From Marsupella aquatica (lineage: Eukaryota > Plantae > Marchantiophyta): a DNA stretch of 64,000 bases. Where the stretch lies: the NCBI GenBank assembly GCA_973895155.1, contig OZ316897.1, positions 13,019,375-13,083,374 of the forward strand. The letters are read 5' to 3'. Each line of letters opens with the position of its first letter. Positions within the stretch are counted from its first letter, which is position 1. The notes beneath the pieces are model-generated. The model was not told where the DNA came from. It did not search any database and saw only the letters and a list, made by a program, of their open reading frames with translations. Shown here one piece after another: positions 14,076-27,109 of this stretch. A program made the translations under genes and the position numbers.

Positions 14076-14411
14076 GTCATTCGCTCCCGCATTCGCTTCT
14101 CTGCAAACAAATGTATAGGAACTACTCTTTTGTGTCACAATTATAGTGAACAAACGATAAATGTTGCGGGTCCTGGAGTTGACACCATCGATCCAGGGAC
14201 TCATTAACCGCAGTTTGAGTGAACTTTACCCTTCACCGTGTTTCGCGGCTTCGGTACACTCAATAATATGATAATATAAAGGCTGGAATGTCATCGGAAC
14301 TTTTAAAGCGAAGCTAAACAGAGAGAACCGAGATTTTGCGGGTTGCAAACCGGATTGCCTTCCAAATTTGCAAGTTCGCTTTGCTTCGAGTGGCATCAAA
14401 GCTAGCGAGTC

Positions 14412-14447
14412 AAGAGAAGAGAAGAGAAGAGAAGAGAAGAGAAGAGA
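14412..14447. repeat. (AGAAG)n microsatellite
   Basis: Direct reading. Confidence 0.95.
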
Positions 14448-14750
14448 ATGTGCCCTGTGTTTTTTTGAGTAAGCAAGCAGCAGAAGGCAACATTCCCCGA
14501 CTTGTACATTTCATGCATATCGAGGCGAGATGATAAGCATTAACATCGTTCTGTTTCCCGTCTGTTTCATGGTTTGTCTGTATGCAATTCTTGCAACTCG
14601 CGCTGCTTTGCCCGCTTGTGTCGCGCTGAGTCTTCCTGTCAAAAGCAAAACAGTGCAAATGCTTCTGCATAATACATTTGAGCTTCGACTTGCTATCCAC
14701 TATGCAAAGATTCGTATCATTGTTTCTTTCACATGCATTTTGATAAGCTT

Positions 14751-15050
14751 TTGCATTGTTGTGCAGTGTGTCCAACCAATACTGCAGGTTTAGGGTTTAT
14801 AGCTACTATATCATAGATAGTGTCAGATCATCATGCCATTTTCCCAAATCTTTCCCAAATCATTGGGATGTTTCGCATTCCAATTTTAGATACCTAGGAG
14901 TTGCATTGTTGTGCAGTGTGTCCAACCAATACTGCAGGTTTAGGGTTTATAGCTACTATATCATAGATAGTATCAGATCATCATGCCATTTTCCCAAATC
15001 TTTCCCAAATCATTGGGATGTTTCACATTCCAATTTTAGATACCTAGGAG
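14751..15050. repeat. Near-perfect 150-bp tandem duplication
   Basis: 14751-14900 and 14901-15050 differ at only about two positions. Confidence 0.95.
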
Positions 15051-16073
15051 TTGGTCCAGAAGCAGGTTTTGTTTAAGGGGTGGGGGAGTATCACACTTCT
15101 ACCTCACAAGAAAAGCTCTAAAGGAGTGTTGCCGACAAAGTCATTGGACAAGCTATTACTTCAAGCCAGATGCCATCAAATTGTGATCTTTTCATACCCT
15201 GGTACAGGCCTCCCAATTTGTTAATAGTATTACAATACTGATACTATAGTACAAACTGCGTTGAAGGTTTCTGTGTGCTGTGTGCGTTAGTAGTGTATAC
15301 CTACTATACTAACCCTATTATAAACCTTGAATCATTAAAAAATATAGAAAATATTCTTCTTTGAATGATTTGCATGGTTGTTTGCAATGTCGGGTTCCCC
15401 AAAAAAGCCATCCTTCTCTCATGGGAGATTATGAGGAAAAAACAAGTCATGTATTTCCTAATGTTACGCCCCATCTTGGCATTTTCCAAGTCCCCATCAA
15501 GTTCAGAAACTATATTCTATTGAAGCTCTAGAAGTGTTCTATGTATTAATACTAATCTATTTTACAATCAGAATGGGGATAGTCCTGAACCTCAATGATT
15601 TCTGAGGACTCTGGGTCTGTCTTATGACCCATTGCTTCGGCCTCTCCACTGCAACTAATCTTCCCATTGGGCCCCAATTTCAAACTGAAACCGAACTACC
15701 ATCCAACCATCTTTATTAGTGCAATAATAAATAAATTTTAAATTTTGGGCCAAACACTAAAATAATTATGGGGCCTTAGTTTGTGAAACTTCAAAAGAGT
15801 TTTGTGAAACCAAAAGCAGGATGGACCACCATGTTGGGCAGAGTGCTCCCATGGACCACCAAATGTCCACGGGAATTTGGGGGCCTTGATTGATAATTAT
15901 GAGTCCTAAATATGTTTTCACTTGCGGGTGCAAGGCAACTAGAGAAGGAGACATGGAAAAACACAAGCCCAAATATTTCATGTTGATACAATGAACATTA
16001 ATCTAATCAAATTCAAATTCACCCCTCCTCATTTAAGATGAAGAACTCAACCAAATGGCCAAAACTTCATTAA

Positions 16074-16490
16074 TTTATAAATACCACATTTATTTAACTT
16101 CATTGTATTCATAAATATTTAAATTTATAAATATCACATTTATTTAACTTCATTGTATTCATAAATATTTAAATTTATAAATATCACATTAATACAAATT
16201 AAAACTCAAATCTGAAAATGTGTTTGGTGGGGGTCTCAAAGACCAACCTTGTCGCCCATGGGGCCTTTAAATTTGAGTTTTGTCACATAGTGTTTACAAA
16301 TATTATAAGCATGGCAAACACTCATAGGATATATTGTTTTTTTTTAAGTACAAAATTGTAACAGAAGAAAACTTGAGCAAATAGGTGACTGTGCATGCCA
16401 AACTTTGTCTACACATGTATGGGATGGGGCAAATCTGAGCAAATAGGTGACTGTCATGCCAAACTGTGTCTCCACATGTATGGGATGGGG
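16074..16490. repeat. Two local tandem duplications (50-bp AT-rich unit at 16074-16190; ~62-bp unit at 16374-16490)
   Basis: Direct reading of the repeated units. Confidence 0.85.
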
Positions 16491-16984
16491 CAGCAAGAAA
16501 AAGTATGTATGGCACTTCCAGAGACGAGTTTAATTATGCCTAGGCATGGCCTGAGTACATGGAATGGATGCATGGAAGATTGCTTTATCCAATGATTAGG
16601 CCTTGACATTATCATGGATACATGCACATATCCTTTTATTTACAACACTTGATCAGGGTATCTGACGGTGAGAAATATATACATATTTTTGTGTATGTAT
16701 ACAACATCCAGGCATTCATGCAATCACACACGAGTGTTCACTATTGTCCCACTCGAACCTAAATGCTCACACACAAAAATGATTTGGATGCTCATGATTT
16801 GGATGCTGCATTTAGGAAAATCTAACGGTTGAGGATTTACAGGTTGATGTGTTATTCACAAAATTTATAGATGTACCAAGGTCTCTAACTCGACCAGTAA
16901 ACAAATGCAAATTAGCGTGTGCGAAGTCCTTAAGATTAGGTTATTTAAATACTAGAGGGAGACATCCTGATCGAGTATTGGTGC

Positions 16985-17078
16985 TAGGTCATGCATATGG
17001 GAGATCTCTAGGGTAGGTCATGCGGGGAGATTTACCATAGACATGACCACCTTAGAGATTTCCCAAATGCATGACCTA
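16985..17078. repeat. Inverted repeat/fold-back (~37-bp arms)
   Basis: Left arm taggtcatgcatatgggagatctctagggtaggtcatg; reverse complement of the right arm taggtcatgcatttgggaaatctctaaggtggtcatg. Confidence 0.85.
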
Positions 17079-17219
17079 TCCTAGAGATTGTAGGGGTTAG
17101 AGTCTAGAGTCTCTTCACTCTAGACCCTGGGTCCTTGAGTAGACTTCCTTCGCACTTTTATAGGACAAGCTTGACTATGAATGTTAACAGGAATGATGAC
17201 TCATGGTTGTTTCCTTGTT

Positions 17220-18650
17220 GGGGCCCTAGTCACAATCTAGAGACTTCACTCTAGCAGCCTAGGCCCCAAATCTAGCTTGTGTTCACAATTTATTAATCAG
17301 ATTGCATCTTTATTGTAGCAATAGAGCTTGAAAACCCATGAGGCTTCATTCTAAAAACCTAGACCCCAAGTCTAGTTGTAGCTAGAGCTTTTATAAAACC
17401 CATGAGGCTTCATTCTAGAAACCTAAACCCCAAGTCTAGTTGTAGCTAGAACTTTAAAACTCATGAGGTTTTCGCGATGTATTAATAATAGAAGCATAAG
17501 CCTCAAGTCTAGCTTTAGTGGTAGCTACAGCTCGAAAACCCATGAGGCTTTAATAAAAGACTAAGTCCCAAGTCTAGCTTGTTCGCGATGTATTAAAGAG
17601 ATTGCATCTCTAGTGTAGCAATAGAGCCCGAAAGCCGACGAATTGCCATTTCTATGGTATAATAGAGCCCGAAAGCCGACGAATTGCCATTTCTACTGTA
17701 GCAGTAGGAGCCCAGATCTCAACTAGAGCACGAATGCTGACGAATTCCAAATTCATTGTAGCAATAGAGCCCGAAAGCCGACGAATTGCCATTTCTACTG
17801 TAGAAGTAGGAGGCCCGCATTTCAACTAGAGCACGAATGCTGAAGAAATGCATCTCTAATGTAGCAGTAGGAAGCCGAAGAGAATTGCACATTTCCACTG
17901 TAGCAGTAGGAGGGTTTAGGAGATTCCACTCTAGCAGTAGAAGTAGGAGGAATGCCTATAATGTCCCGCATACAGACTCGATACGCATTTGGGAGAGCTC
18001 GTTTGGTTCGAAGGCGACACTGATGGGCACCGTATGAGTTCTGCAATTTCACTTCCAGAGGATGATCCTATGTTCGACCACACTGCGCACTCGCGTGCTC
18101 ATTTAGTCTCGATTTCATAATCTTAGAGAATAAATTCGATCCATTTCAGGCGGAGTTGTGTGAGTGCTCAAGTTACGTGTCGTTGTTGCTGTTGGATGCT
18201 GCAGGAGCGTAACGCCGGTTGACTGACTGCCTGTGCTCTCTCCTTCTTCACTCAGTCCTTGGGGGAGCGCTTGTTTGATTCGAAGGCAGCTAAGGCGCCA
18301 GAAGTTGGCACTGAAGCCGCAAGTGGACTTGGCAGCTTAATTCCTCACACGGCAGTTTCGTCAAATCAGGTGTTCCGCCAACTCTCGCCTGTTATTTCAA
18401 GCTAACATCACTTTTAGTATGGTCGTGCTTCAGCAATCTCTGTTGCCAGACGAGTCCTTCTATTAGCTTTGAATGGATTGAACATAGTACAGCAGAGTTG
18501 ACCAGCCTCTAAGATTCTTCGTTTTAGTATCGTCGTCATTTTCCAATCTCTGTTGCCAGATTAGTCGTTAAGCGTCGAATGGATTGAAAGAATACAGCAG
18601 AGTCGACCAGCCTGCAAAATCCTTAGTTCCTTCGCTCGCATTATGAGCAG
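17220..18650. repeat. Composite tandem-repeat array followed by copy B of the dispersed repeat
   Basis: Repeated aaacccatgaggcttcattcta...cccaagtctag and gagcccgaaagccgacgaattgccatttcta units. 18060-18648 is homologous to 6560-7080. Confidence 0.85.
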
Positions 18651-18689
18651 TTATAATTTTTTTATCTTTTTGGAATTTTTGAAGAAAAC

Positions 18690-18986
18690 TGTTTTACTAA
18701 TCTCTTCGATGAATGAGAAAGGGAGGCGGGGGCCTCACATAAATACACGCCAGAGATACAGATGGATACTGATCCATCTAGCGGTAGAATACAGTGACCT
18801 AAAGATCAACGGTAAAGCAAACAACGTACCAAGCACGTTGATACAAATCATCAATATAGACTTGCTGAAATCAAGCCGTGATATCCGGGAGGTGGACACC
18901 GCAATACAGTCGGTTACAATCATTCTTTACACTTAGAAGCGCAGCACACTTTGCTTTGAGTGTCTAAGCGAAAGTGATTGTCAACA
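18690..18986 (-). repeat. 3' LTR of the copia element (~297 bp)
   Basis: The minus-strand PPT agcgagggaggg directly precedes TGTTGACA at 18986. The LTR ends in ...TAAAACA at 18690 (TGTT/AACA inverted termini). No second copy was seen in the window. Confidence 0.75.
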
Positions 18987-19153
18987 CCCTCCCTCGCTCT
19001 AAGTGTAGAGGCGAACACAAGTACCGCTTGGAGAAGATCGAATGGATTCTGAAGGTGACAAAATTACGTGGTCCACATGGGTGTACACAGGGATGTCGTT
19101 GATGATCACAAGCCTGATAGGAATCATACGTATGGTGGATAGGAATCATACGT

Positions 19154-19654
19154 ATGGTGGATCGTAAATTGGTTCAGCTTCAGAAAGAGCTGGCAGAGAA
19201 AACTGGCCGTGCTGGCTGTGATGTTCGATCAGATAAGAACAAACAAATGCTGTATCCAGTGACTGATGAAATAGTAATAGATCAAATTCTCAGAAGGTTG
19301 AGAAAGCAGGTAGGTCCATCAGAGCTGTGGACATACAGACTGATCAATAGAGCTTGGCATGAAGCAATAAAGCATACACCAGAGTGGACGGCCTTCGAAT
19401 GGGTGCACCGAGAAGTATCGTATGGCAAATGTGAAACCAGACAGCAACAAATTCGAGAGTACTAGTTCAATCTTAGAGATATTTGAGAGGAGATTGAAAA
19501 CCAAGAAATATCCGTATTGAGGAGCTTAAGAGATCGCGCGTCTGAAATCGTAAGGACTAGACAGAAGAGAGATGTTGGTACTCAATGTGATTTAGTATCG
19601 GGAATGCAGCTCAAGTCCAGAATTCCAATAGCAGATCGATGTCGTTCGAAGTGA
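19154..19654 (+). pseudogene. Antisense F-box-like ORF between copia RNase H and the PPT
   Basis: YPVTDEIVIDQILRRL...LWTYRLINRAWHEAI resembles the F-box consensus. The frame continues through TAG (19463) and TGA (19484) to a stop at 19654. Confidence 0.5.
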
Positions 19655-21681
19655 GGTCGGGATAAAGCCTTGGTGAGTACATCTGCAGGTTGTAGATCTG
19701 TTGGTATGTACGTAAGGTGTAATTCCCCCTCAAGGACGCGTTCCCGAACAAAGTGATGATGGACTTCGATATGCTTGGTGCGAGCATGAAAAACCGGATT
19801 TCGTGCAAGCTTGATGGCACCTTCATTGTCGCAGTGAAGAGTTGGTCGAGATGAAGGAAGGACATCAAGAATGTGAGGGTCCTTGCAGTTCAGTGTGACT
19901 TCAATATCAGGAATGAGTTTTAGTTCAAGGAGCAGACGGCGGATGTATACAGCTTCTTGTGCACCCGAGGATAAAGCCATATACTCAGATTCGGTAGAAG
20001 ATTTACTGACGGTGGCTTGTCGCTTGCTGTTCCAAGAAATAGGGCTGTCACCAAGAGTGAGTAGATAAGCCCCTACAGATCGGCGAGTCGTAGGGCATGT
20101 AGCCCAATCAGCATCGGTGTAAGCAGAGAGAGTGAGTGGAGCATGGCGTCTGTAAAAAATGCCATAATGAAGGGTGTGACAAAGATATTTGAAGATGTGC
20201 TTGGTGGCCTGCATGTGGTCCTCATGTGGATCTTGCATGAATTGGCTAACAAGGCTTACAGCAAAAGATATATCTGGGCGAGTGTTGGTAAGGTATATGA
20301 GTTTCCCGACCATATGGCAGTACAAATGAGCATCAACGGGAGGACTGGTGGAATCAGCCGATAGAACTGTGCCTGTTGGTAAGGGAGTAAGGGCTGGAGT
20401 GCAAGAGTCCATATGAAATTCTTGAAGAATTTCGTCACAGTAGCTGCGTTGATGCATTTTGATGCCCATAGAGGAAGAAACAAATTCTATGCCTAAATAT
20501 TTCTGAATATTGCCAAGATCCTTCATGCTAAAGTGTTGACGAAGTTCAGTTTTGTGTGAGCTAATAAGGGTGTCTTTGCTTCCGGTGAGAAAGAAGTCGT
20601 CAACATGAGTGAGGAGTACAGTGATGTCTGATCCATCTAGAAAGTAATAAAGATTGTTATCAAGCAAGCTGCGAATCCAACCAAGCTTTGTTAACAATGC
20701 ATGTAAAGTGTCATACCAAGCTTTGGAGGATTGTCGGAGGCTAAAGAGAATTGTTGAGATGACATACAAGATGCTCTTTGCCTGCAATGCGATCATGTCC
20801 AGGAGGCTGATGCATATAAATATCTTCATAGACTTTGCTGTTGAGAAAAGCCGTGTCCACATCCATGTGAGTAATTTTCCAGCCACGAGAAGCACATATG
20901 GCAGTGACAGTTTGTAGAGTTGCCCATTTGACCACTGGTGCAAAAGTCTCAAAGTAGTCAATACCATGTTGTTGGTAATTGCCTTTGGCGACGAGGTGAG
21001 CTTTGAGACGTGCATGGGTGGAAGAGATAGGTTTCTTCTTGAAAACCCACATAGATGGAATTGCATGTTTGCCCGGGGGTAACTCCATAAGCGTCCAAGT
21101 GTTGGTCTTACGAATGGAGTCCAACTCTTCGTCTATAGCCTCAGCCCAGCCGGGGTGAGTGAGCGCTTGATGAAGAGAAATATTGTCAGTGATAGTTGGA
21201 TCAGAAGTTTCAATAGCACAAGCCGAGAATTCCAAAGGAGGAGGTTGAGCATAGAATCCAAGAAGCTTAGAATTATGTGAGCGGATTCTGCTGGAGCGTC
21301 GAGGTTCAAAGGGAGCTGGGGGTAGATCGAACAACAGGAATATGTTCAGGCGGGGCAGCATTATCCTGTAGAGTGAAATTGGGATCGGGATTATTATCAT
21401 CTGCAGGTCCAATGTCAGTATCGGGAGTAGGTTCAGCCAGACCAATTGAATCAAAGGGTGATAAGTCCTGGGCAAAGTCAATGGAAGTGGGGTCAGGACC
21501 AGCAACTGCTGAAATGCCCAGTTCAGACTCATCAAAATGGACATCCCGACTAATAATAATCTTGCGTCTAAGGGGTGAATAACAACGATCTAACCCTTGG
21601 TGTTTTCATCATAACCAACAAATATGGCTTTAAGGGATTTTGGTTTGAGTTTAGATCGTAAGGGAGCAGGGATGTGAATTT
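19582..21681 (-). pseudogene. Copia pol, RT-RNase H portion (frameshifted)
   Basis: ORFs 20741-21544 and 19582-21066 carry RT and RNase H motifs in different frames. Confidence 0.95.
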
Positions 21682-22973
21682 CCCTGGTTCCTCACTCTTA
21701 CTATATTAAGTGAACCCCCTTGAGAACAGACACCCCTCGTGTACCCCTTCTTAATATTTTTGTTCACAAAAAACAATCCCTTGTTAATGTAAAAACATTA
21801 TTTTTTCCTATAAAAATTTATCCTTTTGTAAATTATAACAGAGTTTTTCAAGGAATTAAGAAAACCCTTGAATTTTTAAAAATTGTAAATATCATACTGA
21901 AACATAAAAGATTCTATTTTGCATAGGGGAATATTATGTTACGCTGATGTTCACGGTATATATTTTATATAGATCATAACAAAATTAGTACTAAAGATTT
22001 ATAGTTCTTCCTAGAGTATATGACTATAACTCAGGCAACTTGTAGACCTCATAGAGATAAACTGAACTAGTACAAATGCATTATTATGCTATGCTATATC
22101 CTTGGAGGAATAATTGCATATATACTACTTATGTAAACTCCAATTGCTAAATTATTCTATCTTGACTAAGAATGGTATGACATCAACCATTAACACCAAA
22201 TGATAAGTAGAGTTTTTGGCAACTTCTTTCATGCAACTTGACACATCAAACCACACATTAATCATACATATTCTAGACACAAAGTACTAATAATACAAAA
22301 AATGACTACTGAAAATTGTGGAGAGTAATACCATCAAATTTCCTTTGGCTGAAATTGTTACTTCGACATGGTGGGTAATTTTCCTGCCATCTTTGCAATC
22401 AAACAACTGTGAGCACCGGGTACCCCCCCCAACCCAATGATCAAGGGAGTACACCACCCCACACACAAACACACCTGGCCTCATACCTGGCCATTTGATT
22501 CAAGGGAATTCAAAAGTAATCTTGTTTGTCTATGTGGGATTGATTCATGGGTCCCCATCAATCCCAGAACCCCAAACGAGTTGGGCCCCAAAATCCTGGC
22601 CCAACATTTACTTAACTCCCAACTTAACACATGCGGGTAAACAAGTCTACCATGCAAACCCATGAAACCAAACTTGCCTTAAGAGGATAAATAATTAAAT
22701 GTCTGATTTACTATATGGACATGTGTGCCAATGAAGTGATGACATGTGTGCCAACCATATAGTGACACGTGTCCTTGGCATTTTAGGTACCCTTGCATAA
22801 GATTAATGTGACATGTATTTGATAAGAGCCTTATTACTAATACTGTGATGAATGTATATACATGGATGTTGCCTACTTTAAAAAATATTATAAAAATTAG
22901 TTTGCATTACATTAAAAATACCCTTGCGTTGTTCGCACGTCCTCCTTGCATTAGTAATGCTGAGGGCCCAGGG
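21682..22973. mobile_element. Non-autonomous TIR DNA transposon (1.29 kb) with an 8-bp TSD, inserted in copia integrase
   Basis: TIRs ccctggttcctcactcttacta and (rc) ccctgggccctcagcattacta. Flanks gtgaattt (21674-21681) and gtgaatat (22974-22981). Removing it restores copia GCSVYIH-IPAPLRSKL. Confidence 0.85.
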
Positions 22974-23956
22974 GTGAATATATACTGAACAGCCAATGAC
23001 TCGAAAGTGACTGACATCAGGTTTGGTGCCATGGAGATCTTGAAAAGGGGTCGTTTTGTAGAGCGATCTAGTGGAACAGCGATTCAAAATGTAAGTAGCC
23101 GTTCGAACCATCTCTTCCCAGAGGGGAGCCAAAAGTTGAGCCCCAAAGCAAAGGCTGCGAGCTGCTTCAATTAAAGTGCAATTTTTGCGCTCAGAGACCG
23201 AGTCAGAGACACCATTCTGGTGTGGTGTGTAGGCAGCCGTGAGTTGTCAAAAAATTCCATTGGTGGAACAGAATTCTTGAAAATCCCGGGAAATGTATTC
23301 CCCACCTCGATCAGTTCGTAGACATCCAACCTTATAGCCATATTGACTAGTGACAGAAGCACAAAAAATCTTGAAAGTAGCAAGCACTTCTGATTTGAAA
23401 CGAAGAAAGAACGTCCACGTATATCGTGTGAAGTCGTCTGTGAAAGTCAGGACATAGCGAGAACCTTGCAAGGAAGGAACACGTGCTGGTCCCCAGACGT
23501 CAGAGTGAACCAGTGCAAAGGGCCTGGTTGTCTGAGTTCGAGAGTGCTTCGGAATTCTTTCACGTGTTTGCTTGGCAACAATGCAAGTGCTGCATATGGT
23601 GCTGACTGGAGAAAGATGAGGTATGCCATTGACTAACTGGCTGGAGCTCATGTGCGATAATTTCTGGAAATGAATATGGCCAAGCTCGGTGGCCAAGCCG
23701 TTTGTGCCAATGTATCGTGTCAGATGAAGAACAAGTGGCAACGTGACATTCATAACCTATAGGGAAGGAGAGATCATGTGGAAGCTTGGGTGGAGGCTTT
23801 CGAACTAGTGTACATAGACGAGTTACAGGATTGTGAGTTCCATGCTGCAAACTTGACGTTTGTCATCTAACACCATACACTGTGAGGAATCAAAGCATAT
23901 AGTGTGTCCTAGATCAGCAAGGTTGCCAACGGAAAGTAGGCTACGTCGGGCACTCG
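22974..23956 (-). pseudogene. Copia GAG-pre-integrase and integrase core (frameshifted)
   Basis: ORFs 23560-23850, 23247-23753 and 22878-23132 carry HHCC and DDE integrase motifs. Confidence 0.92.
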
Positions 23957-24716
23957 CACTACAACACTATCGGCCGGTTTTGCGAAGACAATCTCATCAC
24001 AACTAACAAGCCCCTGATTTTCATAATTCTGGCCATTGCAAACATACGCGCATCACACCACCTTCGCACTTTGCGAACCTAATAACTTCGCACGCGGACC
24101 ATCGCAACGGCATCGCAACACCATGGCAAACTGCAAAGCTGAGAGGTTCGCAAGATTCAATACTTGTGCGATCCATTATACGTCGCATAAGGTTCGCAAA
24201 TACACACGCACACATCCCGCGCGAGCGTCGATATTTGAGAAGGATTTACCATCGCATCATATTTGCGAAAGATACTGGTTCAATTGTTTTGATGGGGATT
24301 GTATGACAAAGAGCGATACCGGTGATTTCAGAAGTTTGTGAACAGTTTTGATTAGGAAAGTGCGATCCTAGAAGTATCACAAAAACCCGACATATTTGGA
24401 TCTGAAGTTCTGAAGTTAATTGACTAAAAAAGTGCGACGCCTTGGGGTTTATATTGTGCGATGGGAATGAGTTCTTAAAGGGTTCGCAAAATTATGATCA
24501 CAGAGGATTCAATACATTATTTGCGAGGGGTTTTCCTTGGGACCCAATGTGGAAGGCAAAATTGTTGTTTTATAAAATGGAAAAGCATGAACAAAATGAT
24601 AGGGCTTCAAAGAACCCTATACATGGACAAGAGGGGGGAAATATCTGATGCTAGGTCCGCCCTTCTAAACCTATGCTGCCTCTTCCTACCCTAAGCTCCA
24701 GCATGACAAGTCACTC

Positions 24717-26792
24717 TCATGCATGTATCTCTACAAAATAACTAGAATGGGCTCTTGCGGCTCCTCTTGGTTGGCTTCTTGGCTGGCTTCTTGCCCTTAT
24801 CCTTCCGGGGATCCTGTTGGTGACGGGTGCGTGATGGCCATCGGTGCTCCTGCTCCTGCTGCTCCTCTGGCTCCTCCTGCACCTCTTGCTCCTCCTCCTC
24901 ATCCTCAGGGTCCTCCTCCTCCCCCTGGTCATCAACGTGTGCTGATGACACACGACTACCACCACTACCACGGTGGGAAGAACCTACCTCATGACTACTC
25001 CCCCCCGAGCACCACTAGTACCAGGAGTAGCCCCCTCATCGTCATCACTACTGCTCACATCGGCACCCGAACCCTCAGGCTCATCCGAATCCTGCATCCA
25101 TTACATATCATTAGTTTCCGCAAGACATAAAGGGCCACTCACAATGTTTGCATGCTAATCATATGGTTCACACTTAGACACTTACAGTAGCCAACTCGGC
25201 ATCTACCATCGCAAAGAGGTACTTTTGTCCATGCTCTATCGCCACCTCAATATGCTTTTTTGATATCTTCCTTTTGTACCTTCGATACTGCCATGCATAA
25301 AACCAATTAAAATTGGTTAAATTTGCCCTTAAGCATACCCTATAGCCACAAGTGATGCCTAAATCCTCAACTACTAAACACGGCCCAAAAAAAATTTAAA
25401 AATTCAAATTTACGAACCTATAAGCATGGCAACTTGCGAACCACATTTTTTGCGAAGGCGTTGCGATGGAGTTTGCGATGCGCATTTGTTCGCAAAGGCA
25501 TCGGAAAATTGAAATGGAAAAAGTCCATGATAGACTTTGTGAGGGGTTTGCGAACAAATGCGCATTGCAACACCTTCGCAAACTGTGTTCCCGAGAGTTT
25601 TTAAAAATTTGCCAAAATTTCTAAGTGTCAGAGTTGCCCTAAACTAGTAACCAAGCAAGCATGCACAACAACAAGAATATTCGGGGATGTCATTCACTTG
25701 CATTGCACAACTCTGAAAGGAATAGAGAGGTTAGGGAGGAGCAAGAGGCACTCACAAAGTGTGACTTGAGGCCGGGGAGCCTGCCTTGACCCAACTTGTG
25801 GACTGGATTGGGGGTGGATTTCACTCGTTTGGCTGCATCTGTGAAACGCTTGGGTGGCTTTCCCTCCTGGTCGGCCACCTTCTGCATCTCAGCTACCTTC
25901 TACTCAAGTGGCTTCAGGTCGTGGTCAGGGGGGAGCTTCCCGGCCTCCTTTGCTTTCAAGGCTCGATCTAGATTTCCCTTCCACTCTTCCAACTCGTGAG
26001 CTGCCTTAATTTGCACCTCAATCTTGTAAAACAAATTCCAGATGTCCTCGGTGAAGTGGAGGGGTCTGCGCAAGTTCCTGTATGATCTCAAGTCTTTCAG
26101 GTGGGCTCTAATCTTCATCCTGTCATGGTATCGCATTTGAGACATAGAATTTGAAATCTTATCTGCCAACCATTGCTCATCTTTGTTAGGCCCATTGCAA
26201 AATGCATCCTTGATTTGGTTGATGACCCTCTTTCGCTCTGCCTTCTCAATCTTCCCCCACTGCATGCCTCGTGAGAAATTGCTTGTGATAATCTGCTTGA
26301 TAGTGCTCTTAGCCCCTGCATACGCTAGCTCAGTTGGAGTCCCACTCGTCTCCAAGGCAATGAATGGAAGTTTTTTCTTGCTTCCTCTTTCTCACGTTGC
26401 TCCTCCCTCTGTTTTCGAATTGAATCTCTCTCCTCTCTTCTCTTCTGCTTCTCTAGGGCTTGAGGAGAGGCAACTCCCGACTTAGTTCTTTCCTCTCTCT
26501 TCCTTTTTTTCTCTCTAGCCTTCTCTTCAGCTGCGGCCCTCTCCTCCCCCTCTCTAGTAGCTTGTCCTGCTACAATCCCAGTTTGCAAAACCTGTCCAAG
26601 AATGGCACTCAAAGAGGCAAGCCCGGCTGGAGAATTGAGATTCACTTCTCCCAATTGTGCAGCACTGAGATGTTGGGCCACTAAGTCTGCCCAGGCATTC
26701 TTCTCTTTCTCTGGAGTTCCCCCATTGCCACTACCACTACCACTACCACCTTGCCCTCCACTCCCCTCACCGGTAGCCATAGCTCCTCGCAT
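24717..26792 (-). pseudogene. CACTA TnpA/Ptta-like (Transposase_24-like) accessory gene, spliced and disrupted
   Basis: ORFs 26325-26792, 25900-26355 and 25690-25887 join through a frameshift and a stop. Motifs QWGKIEKAERKRV, RRPLHFTEDIW and HKLGQG. Donor gtgagt at ~25755 and an acidic/basic terminal exon near 24.7-25.1 kb. Confidence 0.6.
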
Positions 26793-27109
26793 AGCTCCCC
26801 TCTCTCACAGTCTCCCTCATACTGTCGCGCGCGCCCCGGCCCTTCTCGTCTCGCTCAAAAACTGAAATGAGCCCGAATGTGAGCTCCCGCCGATGTTTAC
26901 GCCATTCAAAAACGGGTTTGTGATGACATACGCATGGGAAACTGCGAAGCCCGCGCCCTTGCAAATAGTCTCGCAACTTCGCAAGGCCATCGCAACCCGC
27001 AGAAGACCCAAAAAATCGTTCTCGGCCTCTGTTTTTGCGAAGTAAGTGCGAAGGCCGTAGGTTCGCAAAAAGATTCTCTAACTTGTGAAATAATTTGCGA
27101 GGCAGGTCT

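Larger units (their letters stand above)
18690..23956 (-). mobile_element. Ty1/copia LTR retrotransposon, 5'-truncated and decayed
   Basis: Minus-strand order: LLSV region, GAG-pre-integrase (WHKRLGH), integrase (LVHSDVWGP, LRTDRGGEY), RT (GIDYFETFAPV, HMDVDTAFLN, HVDD), RNase H (YTDADWA, CDNEGAI, RTKHIEV), then PPT and LTR. Confidence 0.95.
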
